A stretch of DNA of 64,000 bases. It comes from a virus. Taxonomy: Duplodnaviria > Caudoviricetes. A program made the position numbers and the translations under genes. The notes beneath the pieces were generated by a model. It made no database searches. It saw only the letters and a list, made by a program, of their open reading frames with translations, and was not told the DNA's origin. The stretch spans positions 1,780 through 65,779 of IMG/VR virus record IMGVR_UViG_3300014656_003390; one strand, 5' to 3'. Positions 40,188 through 49,500 of the stretch are shown here, piece after piece (the first letter of the stretch is position 1; every line of letters starts with the position of its first letter).

Positions 40188-40473
40188 TTTCTTTTTTCCA
40201 TACTTGTTTTACTTTTTTTACTAAATCTGTATCCCTTGAGTTATGCCATATATCTTTTGGAAAATATTTTCTTGTATCTATAACTTTGTCTGCCCATTTT
40301 CTAAGTATATCCATTGTTTCTTTTGTAGAATATTTTTCTCCAATAGCTATTGCTTCATATTTTATAACTAAATTTGGGTCATTTGTTCTTCCATTCAAAC
40401 CTTTTATAAATTGTGCCAGAGCTACACTTCTTATATTTCCCCCATCACATATACATAATACTTTTGTTGTCAT
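40177..40473 (-). CDS. Small LMW-PTP-like phosphatase
   Basis: VLCICDGGNIRS = CX5R(S) P-loop. Confidence 0.7.
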   Translation of the reverse strand: MTTKVLCICDGGNIRSVALAQFIKGLNGRTNDPNLVIKYEAIAIGEKYSTKETMDILRKWADKVIDTRKYFPKDIWHNSRDTDLVKKVKQVWKKENEN

Positions 40474-41738
40474 TTCTTTTCTCCTATCAACAACTGATTT
40501 GAAAATAACCAATCCTGTGGTACATCTTTAACTAATATTCCATAACTACTTATTTTATCTATCCACCATTGTTTATCATGAAATTGTTTATGAGTGCTAT
40601 CTGCTTCTAAGTTTGGGTCTCCTTCAAATGGTATTGAGAATAAAAAATTATCACTATATGAAAGAATATTTTTTAATGCTTTGTCAAGTTGTTCATCTGT
40701 TAAATGTTCCAATATATCTATACATAAACAAACTTTATATTTCCATTTGTTCTTATTTTTTATTTTTGTAATATCTCCTTCACAAACATCCATTACTCCA
40801 CTATTAGTTCTAAAGGCATTATCAACTGCAAATTTACTAATATCAAATCCTAAATAATCATAATCATAACTAGCAATTGCAAACCCGAACGGTGCTCGTC
40901 CACAACCAAATTCTACAAAATTACATTCTCTATCATTATTATCAAAATAATTTATCCATTGTTTTGCCATAAGAAAATGTTTAACTTCTAATCCTCTATT
41001 AGCAAAATAAAATTCATCTTTATTAATTTCATATCTATCACAAATTTGTTTTGGTAATTCAACAGGATTAATTTGTTTAGTTGGATATAAACCAAGCAAA
41101 TGAGCCATCTTCCATTGTTTCAAGAAGTCCTGATTATGAATAATGCTATCCGATGCATGTTGTTTATATCTTTTTAAAATATAATCCATATATTCTACAG
41201 GCAAATGTCCAAGATGCCAAATAGTAGTATCTAAACAAGCACCTTTTAATTCTCCTTCTAATACTGGATGACTATGAAGTGGATATCCTTTTGCTTCTGA
41301 TATTTTAAATAACCTTCCTGGAACAACATGCACAGGACGAGTGTTATCTTCATGCCCTAAATCTCCAATGAAGTGTCTCATCTTAACATTATAAATTCCA
41401 GGTTCTCTTTCTGATATGAATTTCTTTATTTTTTCAATTCCTTCTTCTTCTAATATTTCATCTTCGTCTAAAACCAAACACCAATCATTAGGATAAGCTT
41501 GTTTTAAATAATCTAAATATTTCTGTCTACATTTTCCATTTGTTGCCATATCATTATCATCCCAGCCATTATAATGAACTTCTTGATTGTCTGGTAAATG
41601 TTTTAAGCACGGACTTATTGAAAAGCTATAATCGCTTGTAAAATATAAAATTTTATCTGCATCTTTTACACTATCAAAACACATATCAAGAAAATGTTGT
41701 TTTCCAGGTCCCATGATAACTATTACCAATTTATTCAT
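40470..41738 (-). CDS. Glycosyltransferase-methyltransferase fusion
   Basis: N-terminal LVLDEDE (DxD) and IWHLGH; C-terminal EFGCGR, GFDIS, IDILEHL. Confidence 0.85.
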   Translation of the reverse strand: MNKLVIVIMGPGKQHFLDMCFDSVKDADKILYFTSDYSFSISPCLKHLPDNQEVHYNGWDDNDMATNGKCRQKYLDYLKQAYPNDWCLVLDEDEILEEEGIEKIKKFISEREPGIYNVKMRHFIGDLGHEDNTRPVHVVPGRLFKISEAKGYPLHSHPVLEGELKGACLDTTIWHLGHLPVEYMDYILKRYKQHASDSIIHNQDFLKQWKMAHLLGLYPTKQINPVELPKQICDRYEINKDEFYFANRGLEVKHFLMAKQWINYFDNNDRECNFVEFGCGRAPFGFAIASYDYDYLGFDISKFAVDNAFRTNSGVMDVCEGDITKIKNKNKWKYKVCLCIDILEHLTDEQLDKALKNILSYSDNFLFSIPFEGDPNLEADSTHKQFHDKQWWIDKISSYGILVKDVPQDWLFSNQLLIGEKK

Positions 41739-42589
41739 TTCTTCTCCTCCCTTAAATAAAATTCAACAAGTCGTTTAATTCCTTCTTCTAACTTTATTTT
41801 TGGTTCATATCCGAATCTTTTTATTTTACTTATATCAATATTTACTTGTTGAGGTTGTGCTATTTCTGGTTCTTTCAGTTCTATATCCATATGACACTCT
41901 CCTATTTGGTCTGCAATTTCATGAGAAATTAGTTGAGCGACATCAATTAAATTTCTACTATCTTCTCCACTAATATCATAATCTGTATTTTTTGCTTCTT
42001 CCCAATTATTTAATAAACAAAATATCCCATCTACAAAATCACTAATGTAAGTAAAATCAAGTGTTTTATGACTATCACCACATAAAACTAAATATTCTCC
42101 TTTTAAAGCATTAATAACCCAAGTTGTTAAAAGTCGAGTTGTTATATCTTTACAAGGAGCATATACTGTGCTTGGCCGAATTATAATATAATCTATCCCA
42201 TAACAATTGTGGTATGCTTTACATAAATGTTCTCCATACTTTTTACTTGCTGTATAAGGATTTTCTTCTTCACTTAAAACTCTTGATGAAGAAAAATAAA
42301 CTATTTTCTTTATATGATTTCTTCTACAGTATTCTAAAACATGTTCTATGCCATCTGAATTTTCAAATGCTAAATCTGGGTTGCTTATTGTATCTTTTAT
42401 TTTACAATTACTTGCTAAATGAAACATAATATCGGCATTTAATTGTTCATCAATAACGGATAAATAATCTGTACTAATATCACTATTTCTCTTATCAACT
42501 TCTAAAATACATTCGCATCCTTGCTTATCTAATTCTCTTTTTAAATATTGTCCAATCATACCACATGAACCTGTAATAATATACTTCAT
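41735..42589 (-). CDS. NAD-dependent epimerase/dehydratase (extended SDR)
   Basis: TGSCGMIG, FSSS, PYTASK, RPSTVY, LDFTYISD. Confidence 0.9.
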   Translation of the reverse strand: MKYIITGSCGMIGQYLKRELDKQGCECILEVDKRNSDISTDYLSVIDEQLNADIMFHLASNCKIKDTISNPDLAFENSDGIEHVLEYCRRNHIKKIVYFSSSRVLSEEENPYTASKKYGEHLCKAYHNCYGIDYIIIRPSTVYAPCKDITTRLLTTWVINALKGEYLVLCGDSHKTLDFTYISDFVDGIFCLLNNWEEAKNTDYDISGEDSRNLIDVAQLISHEIADQIGECHMDIELKEPEIAQPQQVNIDISKIKRFGYEPKIKLEEGIKRLVEFYLREEKK

Positions 42590-43755
42590 CTTGTAATCTC
42601 CACAATTAATTTATTCCAGTCAGCACCAACCTTATCCCAATTATATAATTTATTTACTTTATCTATTCCAATTTTTCCATAATGTTCTCTTAATTCAGGA
42701 TTATCATATAAGAGTGTTAATGCTTTTGCTCCACTTTCATCATCCATAATTGCTCGTTCTACATTCCAACTTCCTGTTAATTCTGTTGCTATTTTTATAG
42801 GAATACCACACACACCATCCTCAACTAATAATTCCTGTGTTGTAGCATAATCAGTTACTATAGGTGTAATGCCACAAGCCATTGCTTCAATAGTAGGAAT
42901 ACCAAATCCTTCTCCAGATGTTGTTAAGAAGAATACATCCATAACATTATAAACTTCATTCATTTGTTTATAATCGAAACCATTAAAGAATGTCATTCCA
43001 GAAAACATAACCCTATTATTTATTTTATATCTGTTAATCAATTGAATTATATCTATTGGTGCTGCTACATCATATGGGTCAGTATGTAAAAATAAAATAG
43101 CATCTGGATGGTCTTTAGCAAATAGAGCAAATGATTTAATTAATCTATCAGGCATCTTTCTTCCTTGATTTCTTTGAACAACACCAACAACAAACTTTCC
43201 CTGAAGTCCCCACTTTGCTTTTATCTTTTCTTTTTCTTCTTTTGGTAATGGAAAATAAATCTTTGTATCTATAGCATGTGGAATATATTTTGTATCAAAT
43301 CCATAACATTCTTTTACTTGCCTTTGTCCATGCCGAGCCATAGCAACAGGACAATTAACTTTCTTTAAAATATTTTCACATTGAAGAGGTAATCCTCCAC
43401 CACCATCGCTTGGGTAATAGAATATAGTTTTTGCAGGTGAAAAATCAATATTCATTAACCATGGCCAACACATAAAAGTATCAAGTAAAATTCCAAACAC
43501 ATCTATATTATATTTCTTTATGTATGGTTGAATTAAATTTTGAGCATATGGAACATGACTTCCACCTAATATAGTAAAATTAAATTTTGTTCCATCTTTA
43601 AGAATTAATCCAGGAGGTATTTCTTGACCAACATAATTATGGCCTAGAAAATAAACATTATGTCCTGCTTCTGCAAGCTTATTACATATATTCCAAGATA
43701 TTGTCGCATAACCAGTACAACAAAGAGGAGAGTCGCTTAACCAAAGAATGTTCAT
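42586..43755 (-). CDS. GT-B (GT4-like) glycosyltransferase
   Basis: IPHAID, RNQGRK, GEGFGIPTIEAMACG. Confidence 0.9.
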   Translation of the reverse strand: MNILWLSDSPLCCTGYATISWNICNKLAEAGHNVYFLGHNYVGQEIPPGLILKDGTKFNFTILGGSHVPYAQNLIQPYIKKYNIDVFGILLDTFMCWPWLMNIDFSPAKTIFYYPSDGGGGLPLQCENILKKVNCPVAMARHGQRQVKECYGFDTKYIPHAIDTKIYFPLPKEEKEKIKAKWGLQGKFVVGVVQRNQGRKMPDRLIKSFALFAKDHPDAILFLHTDPYDVAAPIDIIQLINRYKINNRVMFSGMTFFNGFDYKQMNEVYNVMDVFFLTTSGEGFGIPTIEAMACGITPIVTDYATTQELLVEDGVCGIPIKIATELTGSWNVERAIMDDESGAKALTLLYDNPELREHYGKIGIDKVNKLYNWDKVGADWNKLIVEITR

Positions 43756-44012
43756 CTGAACATCACTGGCTTATTACCACTATACATTTTTGTTTGTCTA
43801 TCAAAATCATTTTGATATAATATATCTTCTTGTGTTAATTTACATCCACTTGTAAAAGTTAAAGACATTCCACTAACACTTAATTTAAAATAACAATCCT
43901 GAAATTGTTCTGCAAAAATTCTTGGAATTGTAATAGCATAACTATCACCAGTTTTATTGTTAATAGTAGTCTTTCTTATTTTATATTGTATCCCAAATCC
44001 TCTATATGCCAA
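43752..44012 (-). CDS. AbrB/SpoVT-like transcription regulator
   Basis: SYAITIP motif; first gene of the operon; GGTGA SD before a TTG start. Confidence 0.55.
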   Translation of the reverse strand: MAYRGFGIQYKIRKTTINNKTGDSYAITIPRIFAEQFQDCYFKLSVSGMSLTFTSGCKLTQEDILYQNDFDRQTKMYSGNKPVMFR

Positions 44013-44058
44013 AAAATCACCTTTTTTAATCTTATATTATATAATTAAATAACTCATG

Positions 44059-44083
44059 TTTAAATATATTATGATTTTCGTTT
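44059..44083 (-). promoter_or_regulatory. Promoter of the glycan operon
   Basis: AAACGAAAATCATAATATATTTAAA on -; 20 bp shared with both arms at 55808-55882. Confidence 0.6.
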
Positions 44084-44110
44084 TAAATATATATATATAT
44101 ATTTAAATTA

Positions 44111-45058
44111 TCACTTATATATATTATATTTACTCATAAATTTACAACCACTAATACAAAACCCATCTCTCTCTATGCTAACACATTTAGGAAATATTAA
44201 ATCATCTCTTTCAAATAAATATTGAAGTTGCTTTTCTTCAACTACACAATGTCTTAACTTCTTTTCAGATAAATGTTGTTTAAGTATTTCAAGGACCTCT
44301 TTTTTTGTATAACCCTTTTCCTTGAAATATAATATGATTAATCCTCGTTCTTTATAGTTCAAATCTTTTCGTTTCAACAATTCTTCTATACACAATGGCA
44401 ACTCTTTTATAACTATACTTTCTGAAGAACTAACATTAGAATTTATAAAAAGAGTTGGTTCTTCTTTTGTTTTGAAATCAAATTTTTTTAAATCAAACAT
44501 ATTATCTCCTCCAAGTAAAGAAGTATGTTTAATAAAATGTTGTTTTAATCCCCAATTCTTACAAAACAAATCTCCTTTATTAAATTCGCTTTCTGTTAAA
44601 GGAATACAAAATCTTTTTCTTTTAACATTAAAAGTATTTTCAATTCTATACAATCGAGCAATATCACCAACGACTGCCATATCGCATTTTAATTTTAATT
44701 CATCAATAAAATATTTTTGAGAGTTATAAAGACAACTCTTTGGATTTATTGGAACATAATCATTACAAAATAAAAATATATGATATCCTCCTCCACTCAT
44801 ATTAACCTTATGCCTCAATTTTTGTTTATTAAGTTCTTGATGAAGTTTGTTTGCTTCTTCCCAACTTCCTTCACCATCAAAGTCCCAAAATATTTTATCG
44901 ATGATAGCACTATTGTAATCTATTTTATTGTTTTCATTTAAATGTTCAAAGTCATATATTGTTCTATAAAGTGCTTTCTTTCCATTGTAAACATTTATAA
45001 ACTTAACCAATTCGCCTTTATCTTTACAAAGTTTACGAGGTAATCCTATTTCAAACAT
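44111..45058 (-). CDS. Archaeo-eukaryotic primase: PriS catalytic domain fused to a PriL-like Cys-rich C-terminal domain
   Basis: FWDFD, SGGGYH, DIARLYRIENTFN; C-terminal LPLCI...RHC...FPKC...FCISGC. Confidence 0.8.
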   Translation of the reverse strand: MFEIGLPRKLCKDKGELVKFINVYNGKKALYRTIYDFEHLNENNKIDYNSAIIDKIFWDFDGEGSWEEANKLHQELNKQKLRHKVNMSGGGYHIFLFCNDYVPINPKSCLYNSQKYFIDELKLKCDMAVVGDIARLYRIENTFNVKRKRFCIPLTESEFNKGDLFCKNWGLKQHFIKHTSLLGGDNMFDLKKFDFKTKEEPTLFINSNVSSSESIVIKELPLCIEELLKRKDLNYKERGLIILYFKEKGYTKKEVLEILKQHLSEKKLRHCVVEEKQLQYLFERDDLIFPKCVSIERDGFCISGCKFMSKYNIYK

Positions 45059-45785
45059 TAATATTATTACCTCCACATTTATCTTTAAATTGGCACCATT
45101 TACACCAAAAACTTGGTTTCATTTTATATTCACCACATTCCATTTCTAATCTAACTTTATTTATAATTTTTATAGCTTTTTGAATATACTTATCACTTAC
45201 TGATTCAAAGAAAAGTTTTCCTTTATCTAAAAAATAAATACCCCAATAACCTACTTCTACTCCATCAATTTTGTTTATTGTTTTATCATTATCGAAAAGT
45301 ATTTTATAAATCGCTAGTTCTAATCTATAATCATCGAGTTGATTTTGATTAAATTGCCCTGTCTTCCAATCAATAATTATTAATTTGTTATCTTTAGGAT
45401 TTAAATAAACTGCATCTATAATTCCTCTTAACATTAATTCAGGGCAACTAACTTTTAATTCTTGAAATACAGGATTAAAATACGCTGGATTAAACTCTCC
45501 AATTTCACTAACACAATCCTTTATTCTTTGATTTTCAAATTCAACAAACTTAACTAAGTCTTCATCTGGTTTCTTTAATTTAATTTCTTGCTTTCCATCG
45601 GCAGTTTTTGTGATATCAATATTCTTATAAAATCTTTCTACCTTTTTATGAATTAAACTTCCTCTATCTTGTGCAGGAGAAGCAATATTTTTAATTTCAT
45701 CTAAGTAAATATACTTCCATTTCATAGGACACTGTAAAAATGTCTTAATTTGACTTTTACTTAACCATCTTTTTTGTTGTTCCAT
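45051..45785 (-). CDS. PD-(D/E)XK RecB/Cas4-like exonuclease
   Basis: LSKSQIKTFLQCP, GIIDAV, IIDWKTG, CKWCQFKDKC. Confidence 0.85.
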   Translation of the reverse strand: MEQQKRWLSKSQIKTFLQCPMKWKYIYLDEIKNIASPAQDRGSLIHKKVERFYKNIDITKTADGKQEIKLKKPDEDLVKFVEFENQRIKDCVSEIGEFNPAYFNPVFQELKVSCPELMLRGIIDAVYLNPKDNKLIIIDWKTGQFNQNQLDDYRLELAIYKILFDNDKTINKIDGVEVGYWGIYFLDKGKLFFESVSDKYIQKAIKIINKVRLEMECGEYKMKPSFWCKWCQFKDKCGGNNINV

Positions 45786-45789
45786 ATTA

Positions 45790-46557
45790 TTATTTAAATA
45801 ATTTAGTATAAAGAGGACAAACATATTCTGTATTTTGTTTTCCTAACAATTTGTTTTCTTTTAGCTGCTGTTCATTCTCTCCTTTCATCATGCAATAATT
45901 TTGAACTTTACAAGGTGGACCAATCCATCTTAATATTCTTGGATCTATCTTGTTTGATATTTCTTCCATCATTAAATTAGCAACTTCTCTAAATTCTCCT
46001 TGTGTTTTTAAACATAATCTTTTGTTAAGCATTCCTATTAATGCTCGTAGTGAACAAGAAAATGTTACTGTAGAATAAATGTTCATTGGTAATAAGCCTC
46101 TTGCATCTTGAGTTGAAACATTTTCTTTCAATGCTTGTCTATATTCTTTTTGAATTTTAAGCATCTTGTTGTGATATCCAATATATTCTTTTGAATTTTT
46201 TTTAAAAGGATTAAAGTAATCCCCATTTTCTGCAAAGTTAGGAAGATTTATGCATCTTAAACTTTGGATTGAATATGAAAAACCAATTCTGTGTCTTGTT
46301 AATTGCTGTTGAAGTGCCCTTGATATATTTTCAAGTTTGAATGTTAATCCTACATATTCAAGAAATGTTGGCATTCCATCATTGAGTAAAACATCATTAA
46401 CATAATCATCAATACTTGAACCAAGCCATTTCTGTGGATCTTTTTTTAATTCTTCTAAAGTATCAGGAACAGGAGAGTGCATAACTCTTCTTGCCCAGCA
46501 CATAGTTTCTATGGGATCTGGTGTATAGTTAATAAGTTTTATATTTGGTTTTTTCAT
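45790..46557 (-). CDS. thyX: Flavin-dependent thymidylate synthase family protein
   Basis: RHRIGFSYSIQSLR, DARGLLP, NKRLC. Confidence 0.85.
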   Translation of the reverse strand: MKKPNIKLINYTPDPIETMCWARRVMHSPVPDTLEELKKDPQKWLGSSIDDYVNDVLLNDGMPTFLEYVGLTFKLENISRALQQQLTRHRIGFSYSIQSLRCINLPNFAENGDYFNPFKKNSKEYIGYHNKMLKIQKEYRQALKENVSTQDARGLLPMNIYSTVTFSCSLRALIGMLNKRLCLKTQGEFREVANLMMEEISNKIDPRILRWIGPPCKVQNYCMMKGENEQQLKENKLLGKQNTEYVCPLYTKLFK

Positions 46558-49500
46558 TTTATTATCTCTATGTCCATGAATGGTTCTTTATTCATTCTAT
46601 ATTTGACTTTTATTCCTGGGTATAATTTAACTAAAGATCTAAAACAAAGTCCTTCTATACCATTACTTAATTTTATTCTATAATATGATTTTTCGTTTTT
46701 ACTAACTGCTGGTGTCGACGATATTATTATAGTTTCTCCACTATTTAAGTTCTTCTTAAATTCATCAACATCATGCATTTTATCTGGAATTTGAAGTAAT
46801 TCACCATACATTTTTTGTCCTACTTTGTTGAATGTTCCATAAACAACAACTGGTTTTTTATCAAAGGAATAAATTAATTCTTTATATTTGTCATATGTAT
46901 GAGGTGATATTTGAATGGCAAGATTTCCTGTTCCATCATTTATATTAAGATATATCATATGAGGTTCAAAATTATGGATGTGCTTTTTATCCATTGGACG
47001 AATAAGTTTGTCTTTGTTTATGATTGCTGTAACAACTCCTCTAACATATCCTTGCTTTCCTCCATTGCTTTCTCCGAGATTTTCAATATTTATAAAATCA
47101 AAATCTCCAAAATTAAGTGATTTTAATATATTAATTTTTGGTCTTAGAGATGTATTCTCCATTATTAATTCTGCATATTCAATATCTGAATAATCAGCAA
47201 TTTCTTTTGTATAACAATTTCTTATTTCTTTTATGTCTCTTTCATAACATGCTCTTTTGTTAATTCCAAAATCTCTAAAACAATCAGCAATTACAAGTGA
47301 TTTAATTGTTGATGCTCCAATGTTACATCTTTTTGTAAAGTCTTCGAAATTTACAAATGGTTGTAGTTTAATTATTTTTTCTGCTGTTTTTTTACCAATT
47401 CCATTTATTGAATTAAAACCAGAATATATTGCTTTTTGTTTTGCAGAATAACTAAATTCAGAATAATTAATATTTGGATATTCAACTTTGACACCATTGT
47501 CTAAAGCATCATTTAAGTAATTTGAGATTTGTTCACTTTTGTTTTCAAATTTTAAAATTGCCTTATAAAATTCAAAAGGATAATATGTTTTAAGCCATGC
47601 ACACCAATAACTTATGATTGAATATTCAACAGCGTGTGCCTTATTGAATGAATATGAACCAAATGTTGATACAACATCATAAAGTTTTTCTGCATCTTTT
47701 TTTGGCATATTATGAAGTTTATTTGCATTTCTTACAAACTCTGCTCTCATTTCTTCAAATGCTTTTTTACCTTTGCTTTTAGTAATTACTTTTCTTGCCA
47801 TTTCTGCAGTTGCCCAAGACATTCCTCCAATTCTATTCATAATCTGCATTATTTGTTCTTGATATAAAATAATTCCTTTTGTATCTTTTGTTAATTCTTT
47901 AAGTAATGGATGTTCATAATTTGTTTCTGCTTTTCCTAAATGACGATTAACATATAACATTGTTTGTCCACTATGCAAAGCACCTGGTCTAAATAATGTT
48001 GTTGCATCATAAAGAGTTGAAAAATTATCTGTTTTTAATTCTTTAATGAGTTTGCTTAATCCTACAGTTTCAAATTGAAATATGCCAAGACTTTTACCAT
48101 TTGAAAAAACCTTTTTATATACTTCAGGATCTTCAAAATCACTTGGAAGTTTTTGTGGTACCATTTTCATACATTCCGAAATTACAGTTAGTGTTTTCAG
48201 TCCAAGAATGTCAAATTTTGTTAAACCAGCATCCTCAACTAATTGCTTTTCCCATTCAGTTACAATCTCTCCACCAATTTTATTTAAAGGTAAATATTCT
48301 GAAATTGGTTTGTCTGTTAATACCAAAGCAGCAGCATGAACACCTTTGTGTCTTATATGTCCTTCAAGTTTAATAGCTACATCAACAGCACTTGGATATT
48401 TTAATTTAAATGCTTTTGCTTCTTCAAATTCAGCAAAAGTATCAAGCAGTCCAAATGATGCTCTTGCATCTCCACCACTTCTTATTAAAACAAGATTGCA
48501 AATTTTTTCTATCTCACTTATTGATATGGAAAATATTCTTCCAACATCTCTTAATATTCCTTTTGGATGAAATCTTGAATATGTTGCAACTTTAGCAGAA
48601 TTATAAATTCCATATTTATTAATAAGATATTGAACAACTTCTTGTCTTCTATTGTCTTGATAGTCCATATCAACATCAGGTGCATCTCTTCTTATCTCAG
48701 AAATAAATCTATCAAATAATAAATTAAATTTAATTGGATCGCATTCTGTTATATTTAAAGCATAAGCTGCTAAACTTGCACCAACACTTCCTCTTCCTGG
48801 ACCAACCATTATTCCTTGCTGTTTTGCCCATCGTATCATGTCTTCTACAATTAGAAAATAATTTTCATATCCTTTTTCAAAAAATCTACTCATCTCTAAG
48901 TCAAGTTTTTCTTTTGCTACTCCTTCATATTTATATGGAGTATATTTTTCTAAACCAGTAACACACATTTCTTTAAGTTTAATTCGTGCTTCTTCTTTTG
49001 AAGAGAATAATCTTGGTAATGTTTCTTGATTGTTTGCTGTTTTAATTTCAAAATTTATTTTGCTCAAAACATTATAAGTATTATTTTTCAACTTTTCAAT
49101 AATTAATCCAAACCAATTATTCTCTTTATTTGTTAATATTCTTTGATTTATGTCTTCATCAGTCATTAAATAAAAACAATTGTCACCAAATCCTGCTTCA
49201 CCATATTTTTTTCTTAATCCAATTGCTTTAACTGCTTCATGATATTTTTTGTCTGATTGATAAGAATAGTGTGCATCTGTTGTTATAACAGATTTTATAT
49301 TATATTTTTGGTATAAAGCATAAGATTTTTTCATTATATTTTGATTGTTAATGCAAGTATGAAGTTGAAGCTCTCCATAAAAATCATCTTTCCAAGTTTC
49401 TTTATATCTTGCAATATACTTTTCAGCAACATCTTCTTTGTTCTCTTTTAATAAATTTGATATTGCACTATCAATACAGCCAGACAATATGATTAATCCT

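Noticed and set aside
30682-42589. An E1/ThiF enzyme hidden among the Rossmann-fold genes
   Set aside because: All have SDR, dehydrogenase or E1-alpha/beta (pyruvate dehydrogenase sense) motifs, not ThiF motifs
45051-45785. Cas4 as part of a CRISPR-Cas locus
   Set aside because: No other cas genes or array; standalone RecB/Cas4-like nucleases are common in viral replication modules
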